Positions 18,252-26,551 are shown, counted from the stretch's first letter. The stretch: DNA of 64,000 nucleotides from an uncultured Bdellovibrionales bacterium (GCA_903833275.1 CAILEP010000006.1:111027-175026), one strand, 5' to 3'. Numbers and translations are program-made. Notes: generated from the sequence alone by a model not told the origin.

Positions 18252-19040
18252 TTGATTTTTGAAGCGCAAGCGGCTCGAATTGGCCGACCCATTGAAGAAA
18301 GTTACCGTGCCACACGCGAGTTCGTGAGCCTTTTCGCTCAAGCGATCATCCAGTCTTTCGTACCGCCCTATCGCGTGAAAGATATCTTTAAACAATTGAG
18401 CTTTATGGCGGCCGAAAGCGCGCCAGTCGTTATATTTTGTCTTTGTTTTGCGGCCGTCGTGACTATTATTGAGTCATCGTTTCACATGAAGCTTATTATT
18501 CAAAACGATTCGTTGGTGCCGGGGTTCGCGGCACTCCTTATAATAAGAGAACTTGGGGCGGTGGTGACCGCGCTACTAGTGACCTCACGAGTAGGGGCAG
18601 GGATTGCGGCTGAAGTCGGCTCAATGCAGATCACTGAACAGATTGACGCCTTAAAAATGCTCGGCATTAACCCGGTTCGGTTTCTTGTCGTACCACGATT
18701 TGTCGCGAGCCTTTTGGGTGGCGTCTTATTAACCATCATAGCCAACTGCGTTTGCCTCTATGTGGCCATGCTCGTCAGCGAAGTGAAGCTTGGCTATACT
18801 CCTGGAAGTTTTATTATGGCCATGCGAGCCTTTGTGCACTTCAAAGATATGTTCTTTGCGACGATTAAAGGCGCATGTTTTGGGGCCGTAATACCAATAT
18901 TTAGCTGTTATTTTGGTTTTCGTTGTAAATCGGGGGCTGAAGGCGTGGGTCTCGCCACCACAAATAGCGTGGTGGCAACCTCGGTCGCGATCATCATTAT
19001 TGATTTTGTATTATCGTGGGTTTTCTCTTATCTTTATTAA
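18252..19040 (+). CDS. MlaE-family ABC permease 2
   Basis: 262 aa with motif MQITEQIDALKMLGINP. TTG start directly after the previous stop, with GGAG 5 nt upstream. Confidence 0.75.
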   Translation: MIFEAQAARIGRPIEESYRATREFVSLFAQAIIQSFVPPYRVKDIFKQLSFMAAESAPVVIFCLCFAAVVTIIESSFHMKLIIQNDSLVPGFAALLIIRELGAVVTALLVTSRVGAGIAAEVGSMQITEQIDALKMLGINPVRFLVVPRFVASLLGGVLLTIIANCVCLYVAMLVSEVKLGYTPGSFIMAMRAFVHFKDMFFATIKGACFGAVIPIFSCYFGFRCKSGAEGVGLATTNSVVATSVAIIIIDFVLSWVFSYLY

Positions 19041-19055
19041 CGGGAGTTCTTGCAG

Positions 19056-19832
19056 ATGAAACCAGAAGTTAAAGTCGGAGTCATGTTTGTTGCCGCGATA
19101 TTTTTGATCGGCGCTTTTGCGTTCTATCTCGGTGCGCTGAATCCATTCTCAAACTCGAACGAATTGTGGGTGGCCTACAACTTTGCCGGCGGAATCGAAG
19201 TGGGCTCACCAGTTCGTGTAATGGGCATTAAAGTCGGTAAGGTGCGTGAGATTAAGTTTGACCCGACCTTCAAATTGCCAAACGGCGAAGAAGTGAAGCT
19301 GCTTGTGCGTATCACAGTCGATAAAAAAGCCTGGCCGACAGTTCGTCAAGACAGCCAGTTTTTCATTAACTTGGCCGGTGTTATCGGCGAAAAATTTGTT
19401 GAAATCAGCCCCGGTACGGTGGCTAAAGGTGAACTTGAGAACGGCCAAACGGTTCGAGGTGAAGACCCGCCCCGCATCGATCAATTGATATCTCACAGCT
19501 ATGGTCTTGCTGGTAAAATTATGACGATGGTGCAAAATAACGAGGGGTCGGTCGTCGATACCATCAACATGATCAATAATTTGGTTACAAATCTGAATAA
19601 ACTCCTGAAGCAAGTTGATCAAACAGCCTCAAATAAAGAGACCGCTGCCATTGTTAAGAATCTTAGTACGGTTATTGCCGACCTTGCGTATTTCACCCAA
19701 AAAATGCGCGGAGAAGACGGACAAAAGAGTATAGAGTTGTTGAACCAGTTGCTTTGGCGCTTAAAAGATCTTGATGGGCCAACAATTCGAAAATTTCTGC
19801 AAGAAGAGGGTATTAAGGCCAAAATGTTCTAG
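19056..19832 (+). CDS. MCE/MlaD-family substrate-binding protein
   Basis: ATG 19056 after GGGAG. N-terminal TM helix, then an MCE fold block (GIEVGSPVRVMGIKVGKV) and a C-terminal helical extension. Confidence 0.8.
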   Translation: MKPEVKVGVMFVAAIFLIGAFAFYLGALNPFSNSNELWVAYNFAGGIEVGSPVRVMGIKVGKVREIKFDPTFKLPNGEEVKLLVRITVDKKAWPTVRQDSQFFINLAGVIGEKFVEISPGTVAKGELENGQTVRGEDPPRIDQLISHSYGLAGKIMTMVQNNEGSVVDTINMINNLVTNLNKLLKQVDQTASNKETAAIVKNLSTVIADLAYFTQKMRGEDGQKSIELLNQLLWRLKDLDGPTIRKFLQEEGIKAKMF

Positions 19833-19861
19833 TTTTGGCTAAGATTAAGCGGGGGTAACAA

Positions 19862-20545
19862 ATGACAGTACAATTGTCGCAGAAAGCACTAGGCCTAATA
19901 GCAATCGGTCTTTCGGCGTTTTATCTGTTGATGCCCTCAACTTTCGCAGCCGTTTTGGTCGACGAAAGTGCTCAAGATAGTCTTTCGGGCGATAAAGTTG
20001 AAAGCAGTTCGATTTTTTCAGGTGGGCATTCAAGTTCTTCTTCAGCGCGAGCCAAAGATGTTTATGAAGATCTCGCGAGCTTTAAGCGTAAAAAGAAAAT
20101 GGGCATTTCGACGACCTTTGCCGGCGCAACGGGCCTCATTGGGGTCAATCTTGACCTCAATATTTTTGAAGACTTCGCCATCTCTCTTGGCGGAGGGGTC
20201 TCACACGGCTTCAACTCGTACAATATTCACGTCAAGCAAACTCTAGGTAACGACGCCTTTCAGCCGTACTTTGCATTTGGATATTCGCGATGGTTTTCAA
20301 ACGGCGGCGGGCCTGTTGACCACACTTCGCCAAGTCTTGTGGTAAATAAATTTCTATCTGAGGGCGCTAAGCACAGCGGCCAGTTCGCTGAAAACATTCT
20401 TTATCCGGCAATCGGACTTCAGTACGTTAATCTGACCGGCGACTATCAGGGCCTTGGCTTTTTCGGCGAGTTATTGATGGTGATGGACATGAACAATTTG
20501 GCAGTCGGCCCAACGGCCGGAGTCGGCTCGATATTCTATTTCTAA
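19862..20545 (+). CDS. putative outer-membrane beta-barrel protein
   Basis: Signal peptide, alternating aromatic/Gly-rich strands, and a C-terminal GSIFYF (terminal Phe). It is the last gene of the Mla-like cluster. Confidence 0.5.
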   Translation: MTVQLSQKALGLIAIGLSAFYLLMPSTFAAVLVDESAQDSLSGDKVESSSIFSGGHSSSSSARAKDVYEDLASFKRKKKMGISTTFAGATGLIGVNLDLNIFEDFAISLGGGVSHGFNSYNIHVKQTLGNDAFQPYFAFGYSRWFSNGGGPVDHTSPSLVVNKFLSEGAKHSGQFAENILYPAIGLQYVNLTGDYQGLGFFGELLMVMDMNNLAVGPTAGVGSIFYF

Positions 20546-20611
20546 GATACCTTTTGCGGGGGGCGCTAGGCGCCTCGAGCTATAAATCGTAAGCGTAAAA
20601 CTCTAAAAATC

Positions 20612-20671
20612 AAAAAAAAAGAGCCAGCTTTTCAGCTGACCCTTCATTTCAAATTCACAATGAATTTGAAA
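20612..20671 (-). terminator. hairpins plus T9 tract downstream of the small cationic ORF; may act bidirectionally
   Basis: On the minus strand after the stop at 20678: an 11-bp AT-rich hairpin (20647-20671, 3-nt loop), then a 5-bp CAGCT/AGCTG hairpin (20625-20638), then T9 (complement of A-run 20612-20620). Confidence 0.5.
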
Positions 20672-20677
20672 CTCTAA

Positions 20678-20749
20678 CTACTTTTTTTTGCGAGTAGTAG
20701 TTTTTTTAGTAGCTTTTTTAGTTGCTTTTTTTGTAGCTTTTTTAGCCAT
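20678..20749 (-). CDS. 23-aa polycationic peptide MAKKATKKATKKATKKTTTRKKK
   Basis: Own translation; the ORF is below the ORF-track cutoff. ATG 20749-20747 is preceded by GAAGGGA about 7 nt upstream. Three 12-nt repeats encode (A/T)TKK. A terminator-like structure follows. Confidence 0.45.
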   Translation of the reverse strand: MAKKATKKATKKATKKTTTRKKK

Positions 20750-20922
20750 GTTAGTTTCCCTTCTCAATCATGACTTTTTCATGAAAGAAAAAATGTTATT
20801 GGTTTCTGCGAACTCTGACTTAAACAGTTTGCCCTGCATCGTGTAAAAACGTCAACAAAAATTTAAGCAAATTTAATTTTTTCTCGCACGACTTTTGCAC
20901 AAGCAATGTTTTGGGAGAAAAA

Positions 20923-21666
20923 ATGGAAAAAGCATTTATCTTTTTCGAGATATTGTCCGGTGTTTTGATTCTTCGGCGGATATCGGATGAAATTCGGAGA
21001 AATTTTCTGTTCAATGAGCGGCAACTGACAAAAATTGTCGCTGCTTTTCTGCTCGCGAATATGCTTTTGATACGATTATCAACTCGATCTTTGTCGTTAT
21101 TCACTCTCGTGTGGGCTGTTATTGTGTGTTTGATCGCATCTTTGCCATCCTTAACCCGGTTGAAGCGGCAAAATGAGATGAAAAGACAAATCCCATTCAT
21201 TCTAAACGCGCTTATTCTTAATTTGCGAACGGGGATGGCGCTTCGGCCCGCCATTTTGAAAGTGGCCGAGCAATTTGGCGGTTATTCGGGCCTCAAGTTG
21301 AGGCTTTTGCATGAACACCTCGTTGTGAAGGCGACGATGGCCCAGGTTGACCCCGTACTTTTCGAACTTCAGGTCGTACTCAAAGATTGCGACCGCGAGC
21401 CGCACCTCATCTCGCAGCGGCTATCTACCTTTCGACATAAGCTGAGCGTTCAAGAAAGCTTTATCAAAAAGAGGCAACGGGCCCTTCACCAAATACGCGC
21501 GCAATCGGCGATCCTGACTCTGATTTATGTCGGGGTTTTCATATTCGTTGTGCGACGGTTTGGCTTTGCCGAGCATGGGCAAAATCTACTGTTTTCTCTG
21601 ATGCTATTTGTAGCGGGTGTTTTTGTAACGTTTCGCCAGGGGGCTAAAATTAAATGGAAGAGTTAG
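20923..21666 (+). CDS. T2SS-F domain protein, TadB-like
   Basis: ATG 20923 after GGGAG. Block QIPFILNALILNLRTGMALRPAILKVAEQFGG and C-terminal TM helices resemble the GspF/TadB platform domain. Confidence 0.5.
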   Translation: MEKAFIFFEILSGVLILRRISDEIRRNFLFNERQLTKIVAAFLLANMLLIRLSTRSLSLFTLVWAVIVCLIASLPSLTRLKRQNEMKRQIPFILNALILNLRTGMALRPAILKVAEQFGGYSGLKLRLLHEHLVVKATMAQVDPVLFELQVVLKDCDREPHLISQRLSTFRHKLSVQESFIKKRQRALHQIRAQSAILTLIYVGVFIFVVRRFGFAEHGQNLLFSLMLFVAGVFVTFRQGAKIKWKS

Positions 21667-22088
21667 CGCCATCATTGCAGTTCTGTCTAACCTTACGATT
21701 TGCAATAGAGAACGGGTCGTCGGTATTCGTGGCTTCAAAGAAGGGCATTCAGAGTATTTCTGGTGATTTCGCACTGGATTTAACAGCACTTATTGTGGCC
21801 CACGAACAAGGGCGATCGCTTTCTCAAAGCGAGTTGCGCTCGACCAGCCTTTATCGTCGCGCGCTAATTGAGGTGGTGGCCGCGGGCCTAAAAGGTGAGC
21901 CAATAATTAAACAAATTGCCGAAATAGAGGCTGAATTGTGTGCGGCTTGCGAGGCCGAGGTCGATAATTTTGTGGCGAAATTGCCTATTCGGGCATTGTT
22001 GCCGCTAATGCTGATGCAATTTCCGGCATTTCTACTTTTGGTCTTGGGGCCGATCATGTCTGAACTTACACGGGGGCTAAATTCATGA
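21654..22088 (+). CDS. short T2SS-F domain protein, TadC-like
   Basis: 144 aa. ...AAGLKGEPIIKQIAEIEAEL...KLPIRALLPLMLMQFPAFLLLVLGP is typical of the TadC C-terminal half. 13-nt overlap with the upstream gene. Confidence 0.5.
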   Translation: MEELAPSLQFCLTLRFAIENGSSVFVASKKGIQSISGDFALDLTALIVAHEQGRSLSQSELRSTSLYRRALIEVVAAGLKGEPIIKQIAEIEAELCAACEAEVDNFVAKLPIRALLPLMLMQFPAFLLLVLGPIMSELTRGLNS

Positions 22089-22492
22089 AATCCAATATTT
22101 TTTGCAAGCGACTAATGGTGGCGGTGGGGCTTAGTTTCTATACTTTGTGGGGGCAGGCTCAAGATCATTTCAACAAAATCGAAATTGCGACCATAAAAAA
22201 CGCACGAACAAATGAAGAGTTGAACGAGCGGCTACAGGCAATTGAGGCATTACGGGTGAAGCAGGGGGCTTGCGAGATTCAACTTAAAGCTGAGCGCTTG
22301 CCTTACGCTTGCTTTGAGCTTCAGTCATCGTCGGTTAATTCAACGGAGCTCTCTAGCGAATGTGTGCGAATCGCCCGGGCAACTAAGGAGATAGCACTCT
22401 ATTACCCAAATAAACTTCCCGCAGATTGCATAAAAACCGCAAAGATCCGGATTCAAGTAAACCGCTATAAACTTGGCAAGGTTCTTGAATAG
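22085..22492 (+). CDS. secreted Cys-containing hypothetical protein
   Basis: 135 aa with a signal peptide ending LWGQAQ and 6 Cys. ATGA overlap with the upstream gene. Confidence 0.55.
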   Translation: MKSNIFCKRLMVAVGLSFYTLWGQAQDHFNKIEIATIKNARTNEELNERLQAIEALRVKQGACEIQLKAERLPYACFELQSSSVNSTELSSECVRIARATKEIALYYPNKLPADCIKTAKIRIQVNRYKLGKVLE

Positions 22493-22502
22493 TAAGTGGT
22501 GG

Positions 22503-23555
22503 ATGACGTCATTTAGTGTCGTAGCTCATAATTATCGAATCGTAGAAAGCCTCGGCGAAGGCGCAAATAGCTGTGTTTACCGCGCTTTTAAAGACTCGGA
22601 AGACTTAGGCGTTCGCCTTGATGTTGCAATTAAAATTCTTAAGTCCGAGAAACTTGTTTCGATTTGGAGAAATGAATTCGAGCGGTTGAGCCAAATTAAG
22701 TCGCTTTATTGCGTGGGCCTTTTAGGTTGGGAGATCACGGCTCAGGGCCCGGCTTTAGTTCTAGAATATGTCCGCGGTGTAAACTTAAGAGAACTTCAAA
22801 GCTCATGCGCACTTGGTGCGAAAGATCTGGAGGATATTCGCGGGCAGGTGGCGCAAGGGCTCGTCGATTTAGCTACCGCCGGCCTTTATCACGGTGATCT
22901 CAGCCCGCAAAATATTATGATCGGCATTGATGGCCATGTGAAGCTGATCGACTTTGGGGTCACAGCCGGAAGCAAGAATGCGCGCCCCGGTGACCAAAAA
23001 GTGCAAATGATTACTCCGAAGTATGCTTCTCCGGAGGTAATCAATGGCCAATTGCCAAACCTCAAAAGCGATTTATTTAGCCTAGATTTAATATTGGGCG
23101 AAATCGTCGAGAAAAACAGAAAGGAGGGGTCGGACGCGTGGTCGCGGGGGGCGGAGGCGTCTCTTGCCGAAAAGGTAAATGAGGCGTTCAAAATACGAGG
23201 GCAAATTCGGGCCAAAACTGCACAGCTGAGCCAAGAAAGAAAGGGTCTGTCGTTGGCGGCGCTGTGCTTGCGAATTGCGAGTTATGTTTTAATTGCCCTT
23301 TCTTTGCTTATTTCACAGAGAGATTCAAAGGCCGCAAAATATTTTTCTACGGCCAGGCTCATTGCGCGCTCGGCAAAATGGGTTGAGATCGAGGTGGATG
23401 GCCAAAATATGGGGTATGCGCCGCTCAACTTGTCGCTGCCGAGTGAAAGAAAAGTAGTGTTGAAGTGGCGTTCTTCAGGTGCGAGTGGGCAAGAAATATT
23501 GTGGCCGCAGGAGGGTGGAGTCATCACGCTCGATGATCGCGTATTTATGAAGTAA
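22503..23555 (+). CDS. membrane-anchored Hanks-type Ser/Thr protein kinase with atypical catalytic loop and C-terminal PEGA-like domain
   Basis: LGEGANSCVY, VAIK, HGDLSPQN, DFG and ASPE motifs. TM helix LCLRIASYVLIALSLLI. C-terminal VEIEVDGQNMGYAPLNLSLP. Start is ATG 22503, or alternatively TTG 22473. Confidence 0.7.
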   Translation: MTSFSVVAHNYRIVESLGEGANSCVYRAFKDSEDLGVRLDVAIKILKSEKLVSIWRNEFERLSQIKSLYCVGLLGWEITAQGPALVLEYVRGVNLRELQSSCALGAKDLEDIRGQVAQGLVDLATAGLYHGDLSPQNIMIGIDGHVKLIDFGVTAGSKNARPGDQKVQMITPKYASPEVINGQLPNLKSDLFSLDLILGEIVEKNRKEGSDAWSRGAEASLAEKVNEAFKIRGQIRAKTAQLSQERKGLSLAALCLRIASYVLIALSLLISQRDSKAAKYFSTARLIARSAKWVEIEVDGQNMGYAPLNLSLPSERKVVLKWRSSGASGQEILWPQEGGVITLDDRVFMK

Positions 23556-23639
23556 TCGGGGTGGGGGTCGAGGGCCAGGGGCCTATTTTGTATTTGGGTA
23601 AATCGCGAATTTGGTGATAACTATATAAATAGGGGTGTC

Positions 23640-23849
23640 ATGATGACTAAAGAAGCGCGCATTTCGGCTCTGAATCACCTGGTCGACGAAATCACCAAAG
23701 ACAAATACGACGACGGCATTGTTCGTCAATTAATGGCGCAGCTGCGAATACCCTACTGCGACGACCCTATGCAACTCCTTAACAATGTTTTAAAAGGGAT
23801 TCACATTATTGAGGAGCCATCGGATGAAGAACCAGAACAATTGGTCTGA
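23640..23849 (+). CDS. small acidic hypothetical protein
   Basis: 69 aa with a GGGG RBS before ATGATG. Overlaps the next gene by 26 nt. Confidence 0.4.
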   Translation: MMTKEARISALNHLVDEITKDKYDDGIVRQLMAQLRIPYCDDPMQLLNNVLKGIHIIEEPSDEEPEQLV

Positions 23850-24993
23850 TAAAGAATTCGGATTTGATACGCGAGCCATACACGCGGGGCAGGTGCCTGA
23901 CCCGACGACGGGCGCGATAATGACTCCGGTTTATCTAACTAGCACCTACGTGCAAGAATCACCGGGCGTACATAAAGGCTATGAATACAGTCGAACTCAA
24001 AACCCGACTCGCGCGGCCTACGAGGCCTGTTTGGCAAGCCTAGAGGGTGGCCTTCATGGGTTTGCTTTTGCCTCGGGTTGTGCGGCCACCACCACAATTC
24101 TGCATCTACTTAAAGCCGGCGATCATGTTTTGGCGAGCGATGACCTCTATGGCGGCACCGTTAGGTTGTTCGATCGCGTTTTCGCCCAACTCGGTGTTGA
24201 ATTTTCGTATGCTGATTTTTCTGATTTAAAGAATGTTGAGAAGAACAAGCGCCCCAACACGAAACTTTTATGGATTGAAACCCCGACGAATCCGCTTTTG
24301 CGTCTTTGCGATATTGAAGCGGTTTCGAAAGCCGCACATACTTTTGGTGCCATTGTTGCGGTCGACAATACCTTTATGAGCCCGTACTTTCAGACTCCGT
24401 TAAGTTTGGGTGCTGATCTCGTCATGCACTCAACCACCAAATATATAGGTGGGCACAGTGATCTAGTCGGCGGCGCGGTCGTGACCTCGCGGGCCGATTT
24501 GGCTGAAAGAATTGCGTTTCTGAGTAATTCGATGGGGGCCATTGCGTCGCCGTTTGATTCTTTTCTTTCGATGAGAAGTCTCAAAACCTTGCCGGTCAGA
24601 ATGCGTGCACATGAAATTAACGCAAAAGCGGTTGCTGAATTTTTAGAAAAACATCCCAAAATCGATAAAGTTGTTTACCCGGGCTTGTCTTCGCACCCCC
24701 AGCACGAGCTTGCGCGCCGCCAAATGCGCGGCTTCGGCGGTATGATCACAATCTTTGTGAAGGGTGGCCTTGAGGGCTCGAGGCGCTTTGTTGAACGACT
24801 GCGCATTTTCTCTTTGGCAGAAAGCCTTGGCGGAGTCGAATCTCTAGCCGATCACCCGGCGATCATGACCCACGCGAGCGTACCCCTTGAACGACGCCGC
24901 CAGTTAGGGATCGACGACTCTCTTGTGCGTCTAAGCGTCGGCATTGAGACCACGGCCGATCTTTTGCGGGACCTAGATAACGCCTTGAGTTGA
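23824..24993 (+). CDS. PLP-dependent Cys/Met-metabolism enzyme (cystathionine gamma-synthase/lyase family)
   Basis: ATG 23824 after GAGGAG. FDTRAIHAGQ and STTKYIGGHSD (PLP lysine) motifs. Confidence 0.85.
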   Translation: MKNQNNWSDKEFGFDTRAIHAGQVPDPTTGAIMTPVYLTSTYVQESPGVHKGYEYSRTQNPTRAAYEACLASLEGGLHGFAFASGCAATTTILHLLKAGDHVLASDDLYGGTVRLFDRVFAQLGVEFSYADFSDLKNVEKNKRPNTKLLWIETPTNPLLRLCDIEAVSKAAHTFGAIVAVDNTFMSPYFQTPLSLGADLVMHSTTKYIGGHSDLVGGAVVTSRADLAERIAFLSNSMGAIASPFDSFLSMRSLKTLPVRMRAHEINAKAVAEFLEKHPKIDKVVYPGLSSHPQHELARRQMRGFGGMITIFVKGGLEGSRRFVERLRIFSLAESLGGVESLADHPAIMTHASVPLERRRQLGIDDSLVRLSVGIETTADLLRDLDNALS

Positions 24994-25013
24994 CGATCAG
25001 GGCGACACTCTGG

Positions 25014-25042
25014 TTGACACCTAATCGAGCAAAAAGTACCAA
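25014..25042 (+). promoter_or_regulatory. possible sigma70-type promoter for tRNA-Phe
   Basis: Perfect TTGACA (25014-25019), 17-nt spacer and a weak -10 TACCAA (25037-42), about 20 nt before the tRNA 5' end. Confidence 0.3.
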
Positions 25043-25062
25043 TGTCCATTCCAAAAAAGAGC

Positions 25063-25138
25063 GGCCCGGTAGCTCAGCTGGTAGAGCAGCGGACTGAAAA
25101 TCCGTGTGTCGGCGGTTCAATTCCGTCCCGGGCCACCA
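25063..25138 (+). tRNA. tRNA-Phe (anticodon GAA)
   Basis: 76 nt, folded by hand. Acceptor GGCCCGG/CCGGGCC, D stem GCTC/GAGC, anticodon loop CTGAAAA, T loop TTCAATT, encoded CCA. Confidence 0.95.
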
Positions 25139-25269
25139 CTTATTTTTTGACAGGTTGGTATGAACCCATACGTTAGGTTCGCGCGCGCACTTCTAATTTC
25201 AACGGTGATGGTCGGCGCGCTTGAGGCCCTGTCTATTTCAGCGGCGTATGCGAATATTTGCGGCACCGA

Positions 25270-25277
25270 TTACCAAA
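25270..25277. repeat. target-site duplication, copy 1 (TTACCAAA)
   Basis: Identical 8-mer directly abuts both IS ends. Confidence 0.85.
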
Positions 25278-25301
25278 GGCTCTACGCCAAAAGCGGGGGC
25301 A
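25278..25301. repeat. IS terminal inverted repeat (transposase-distal end)
   Basis: ggctctacgccaaaagcgggggca. Confidence 0.8.
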
Positions 25302-25313
25302 ACCAAACTTTCG

Positions 25314-26492
25314 TCATCCGCAGAACGCCTTAACTCTGATTCTAAAATTGTTAAAATTCCGCATTCCGTAAGCGCGATTTAATATCTCATCCATTCTTCT
25401 ATGTAAACCCTCCGTAATTGAATTTGTTTTTGAAAATCTCCACATTCTCACGATCTCTTCTTTCCACGCGTCCAGCGTGGTTCCTAAAGTAATTAAATTT
25501 CCAAACTTCGACTCTTTTAAGGCTCGAATTTTATTCAAAAATTCTCGGATTAATGGTTTGGCGTCGTGCTTCGAATACACCCTCGATAAAATTAATTTCA
25601 TCAGATCTTGTTTGAAGTCGTAAATTGCACCAATAGCCGGGTTTTCTGCGAAGTACCGGCGCAGGTTTTCGCGAGAACTTTCTTTCATCGGTGACCATGC
25701 ATGCCGGCGCATTAGCGACAATAGCCCGCGATGCTTTCGCCCAACATGATCAAGCTCGGCCCAGGTTTTTAGAAAATGATGATTGATAAGCTTCACGACG
25801 TGAAATCGATCAGCGACGATCAGTGCTTTTGGAAAATGCATTTTCGCTACGTTTCGAAATGGCTCGCACATATCCATGACCACCACCTTACAATTGTCCC
25901 TGTTGGGTATTTTTGTGACGTATTCTCGCAAAGACAGCTCAGATCGGCCCAGCGTTACGTCGTAAACTTTGTGGCGCTTGAGATCGGCAAATGTCGTCAT
26001 GTAACCGAGCTTTTTTGTGAAGTGCTTTTCATCGATACCCAAAACCTTTGGGCAAGACGCACTTTTGTGCTCACTGGCGTTTGTGTCGAGATAGCCCTTG
26101 TAGTAGCGCTCGACCGTCGCAGCACCAACACCGAGGTCTTGAGCTGCTTTATGAAGGCTTGTGCCGCCATGATGTCGTAGCGCCACCTGGTCTTTGAACG
26201 GTTCGGTCGCTCGCTGATAGGGCTGCACACCAGGCAATCGTTGGCGAAAATATCGGCGGCAAGCACGACAATAGAATTTGTGGGTTTTAACCAAAAGAAG
26301 GCTGCGGCTGATGCCAATAGAGTGATGCCTCAACTGCCTAATAAAACTATCTTTCTTTCGTAAATTTGATGATGCGCAATGCGGGCACTTATTATGCCCG
26401 ATGTAATGGGCTTCGATCTGGATCAAATTAGTGCCATTTGCTGAAATAATTTTGAAGTCGGGCAAGCCGATGATAGGTTCGTGAAGGGGCAT
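25314..26492 (-). CDS. ISL3-family transposase
   Basis: Start at MPLHEPIIGLPDFKI (ATG 26492); the ORF track extends to TTG 26516. N-terminal zinc-finger CPHC...CRAC, HTH, then a DDE domain (VLGIDEKHF..., VVMDMCEPF, ITEGLHRRM). Confidence 0.85.
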   Translation of the reverse strand: MPLHEPIIGLPDFKIISANGTNLIQIEAHYIGHNKCPHCASSNLRKKDSFIRQLRHHSIGISRSLLLVKTHKFYCRACRRYFRQRLPGVQPYQRATEPFKDQVALRHHGGTSLHKAAQDLGVGAATVERYYKGYLDTNASEHKSASCPKVLGIDEKHFTKKLGYMTTFADLKRHKVYDVTLGRSELSLREYVTKIPNRDNCKVVVMDMCEPFRNVAKMHFPKALIVADRFHVVKLINHHFLKTWAELDHVGRKHRGLLSLMRRHAWSPMKESSRENLRRYFAENPAIGAIYDFKQDLMKLILSRVYSKHDAKPLIREFLNKIRALKESKFGNLITLGTTLDAWKEEIVRMWRFSKTNSITEGLHRRMDEILNRAYGMRNFNNFRIRVKAFCG

Positions 26493-26551
26493 GTCTAGAT
26501 CCTTTCTGTTAAACAAAGTTGTGGTTAACTAAGTATAACAAAAGTCCTGAC

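Noticed and set aside
20820-21254. 144-aa minus-strand ORF overlapping the TadB-like gene start
   Set aside because: It has no RBS and a basic, low-complexity translation. The plus-strand gene has an RBS and membrane-protein features.
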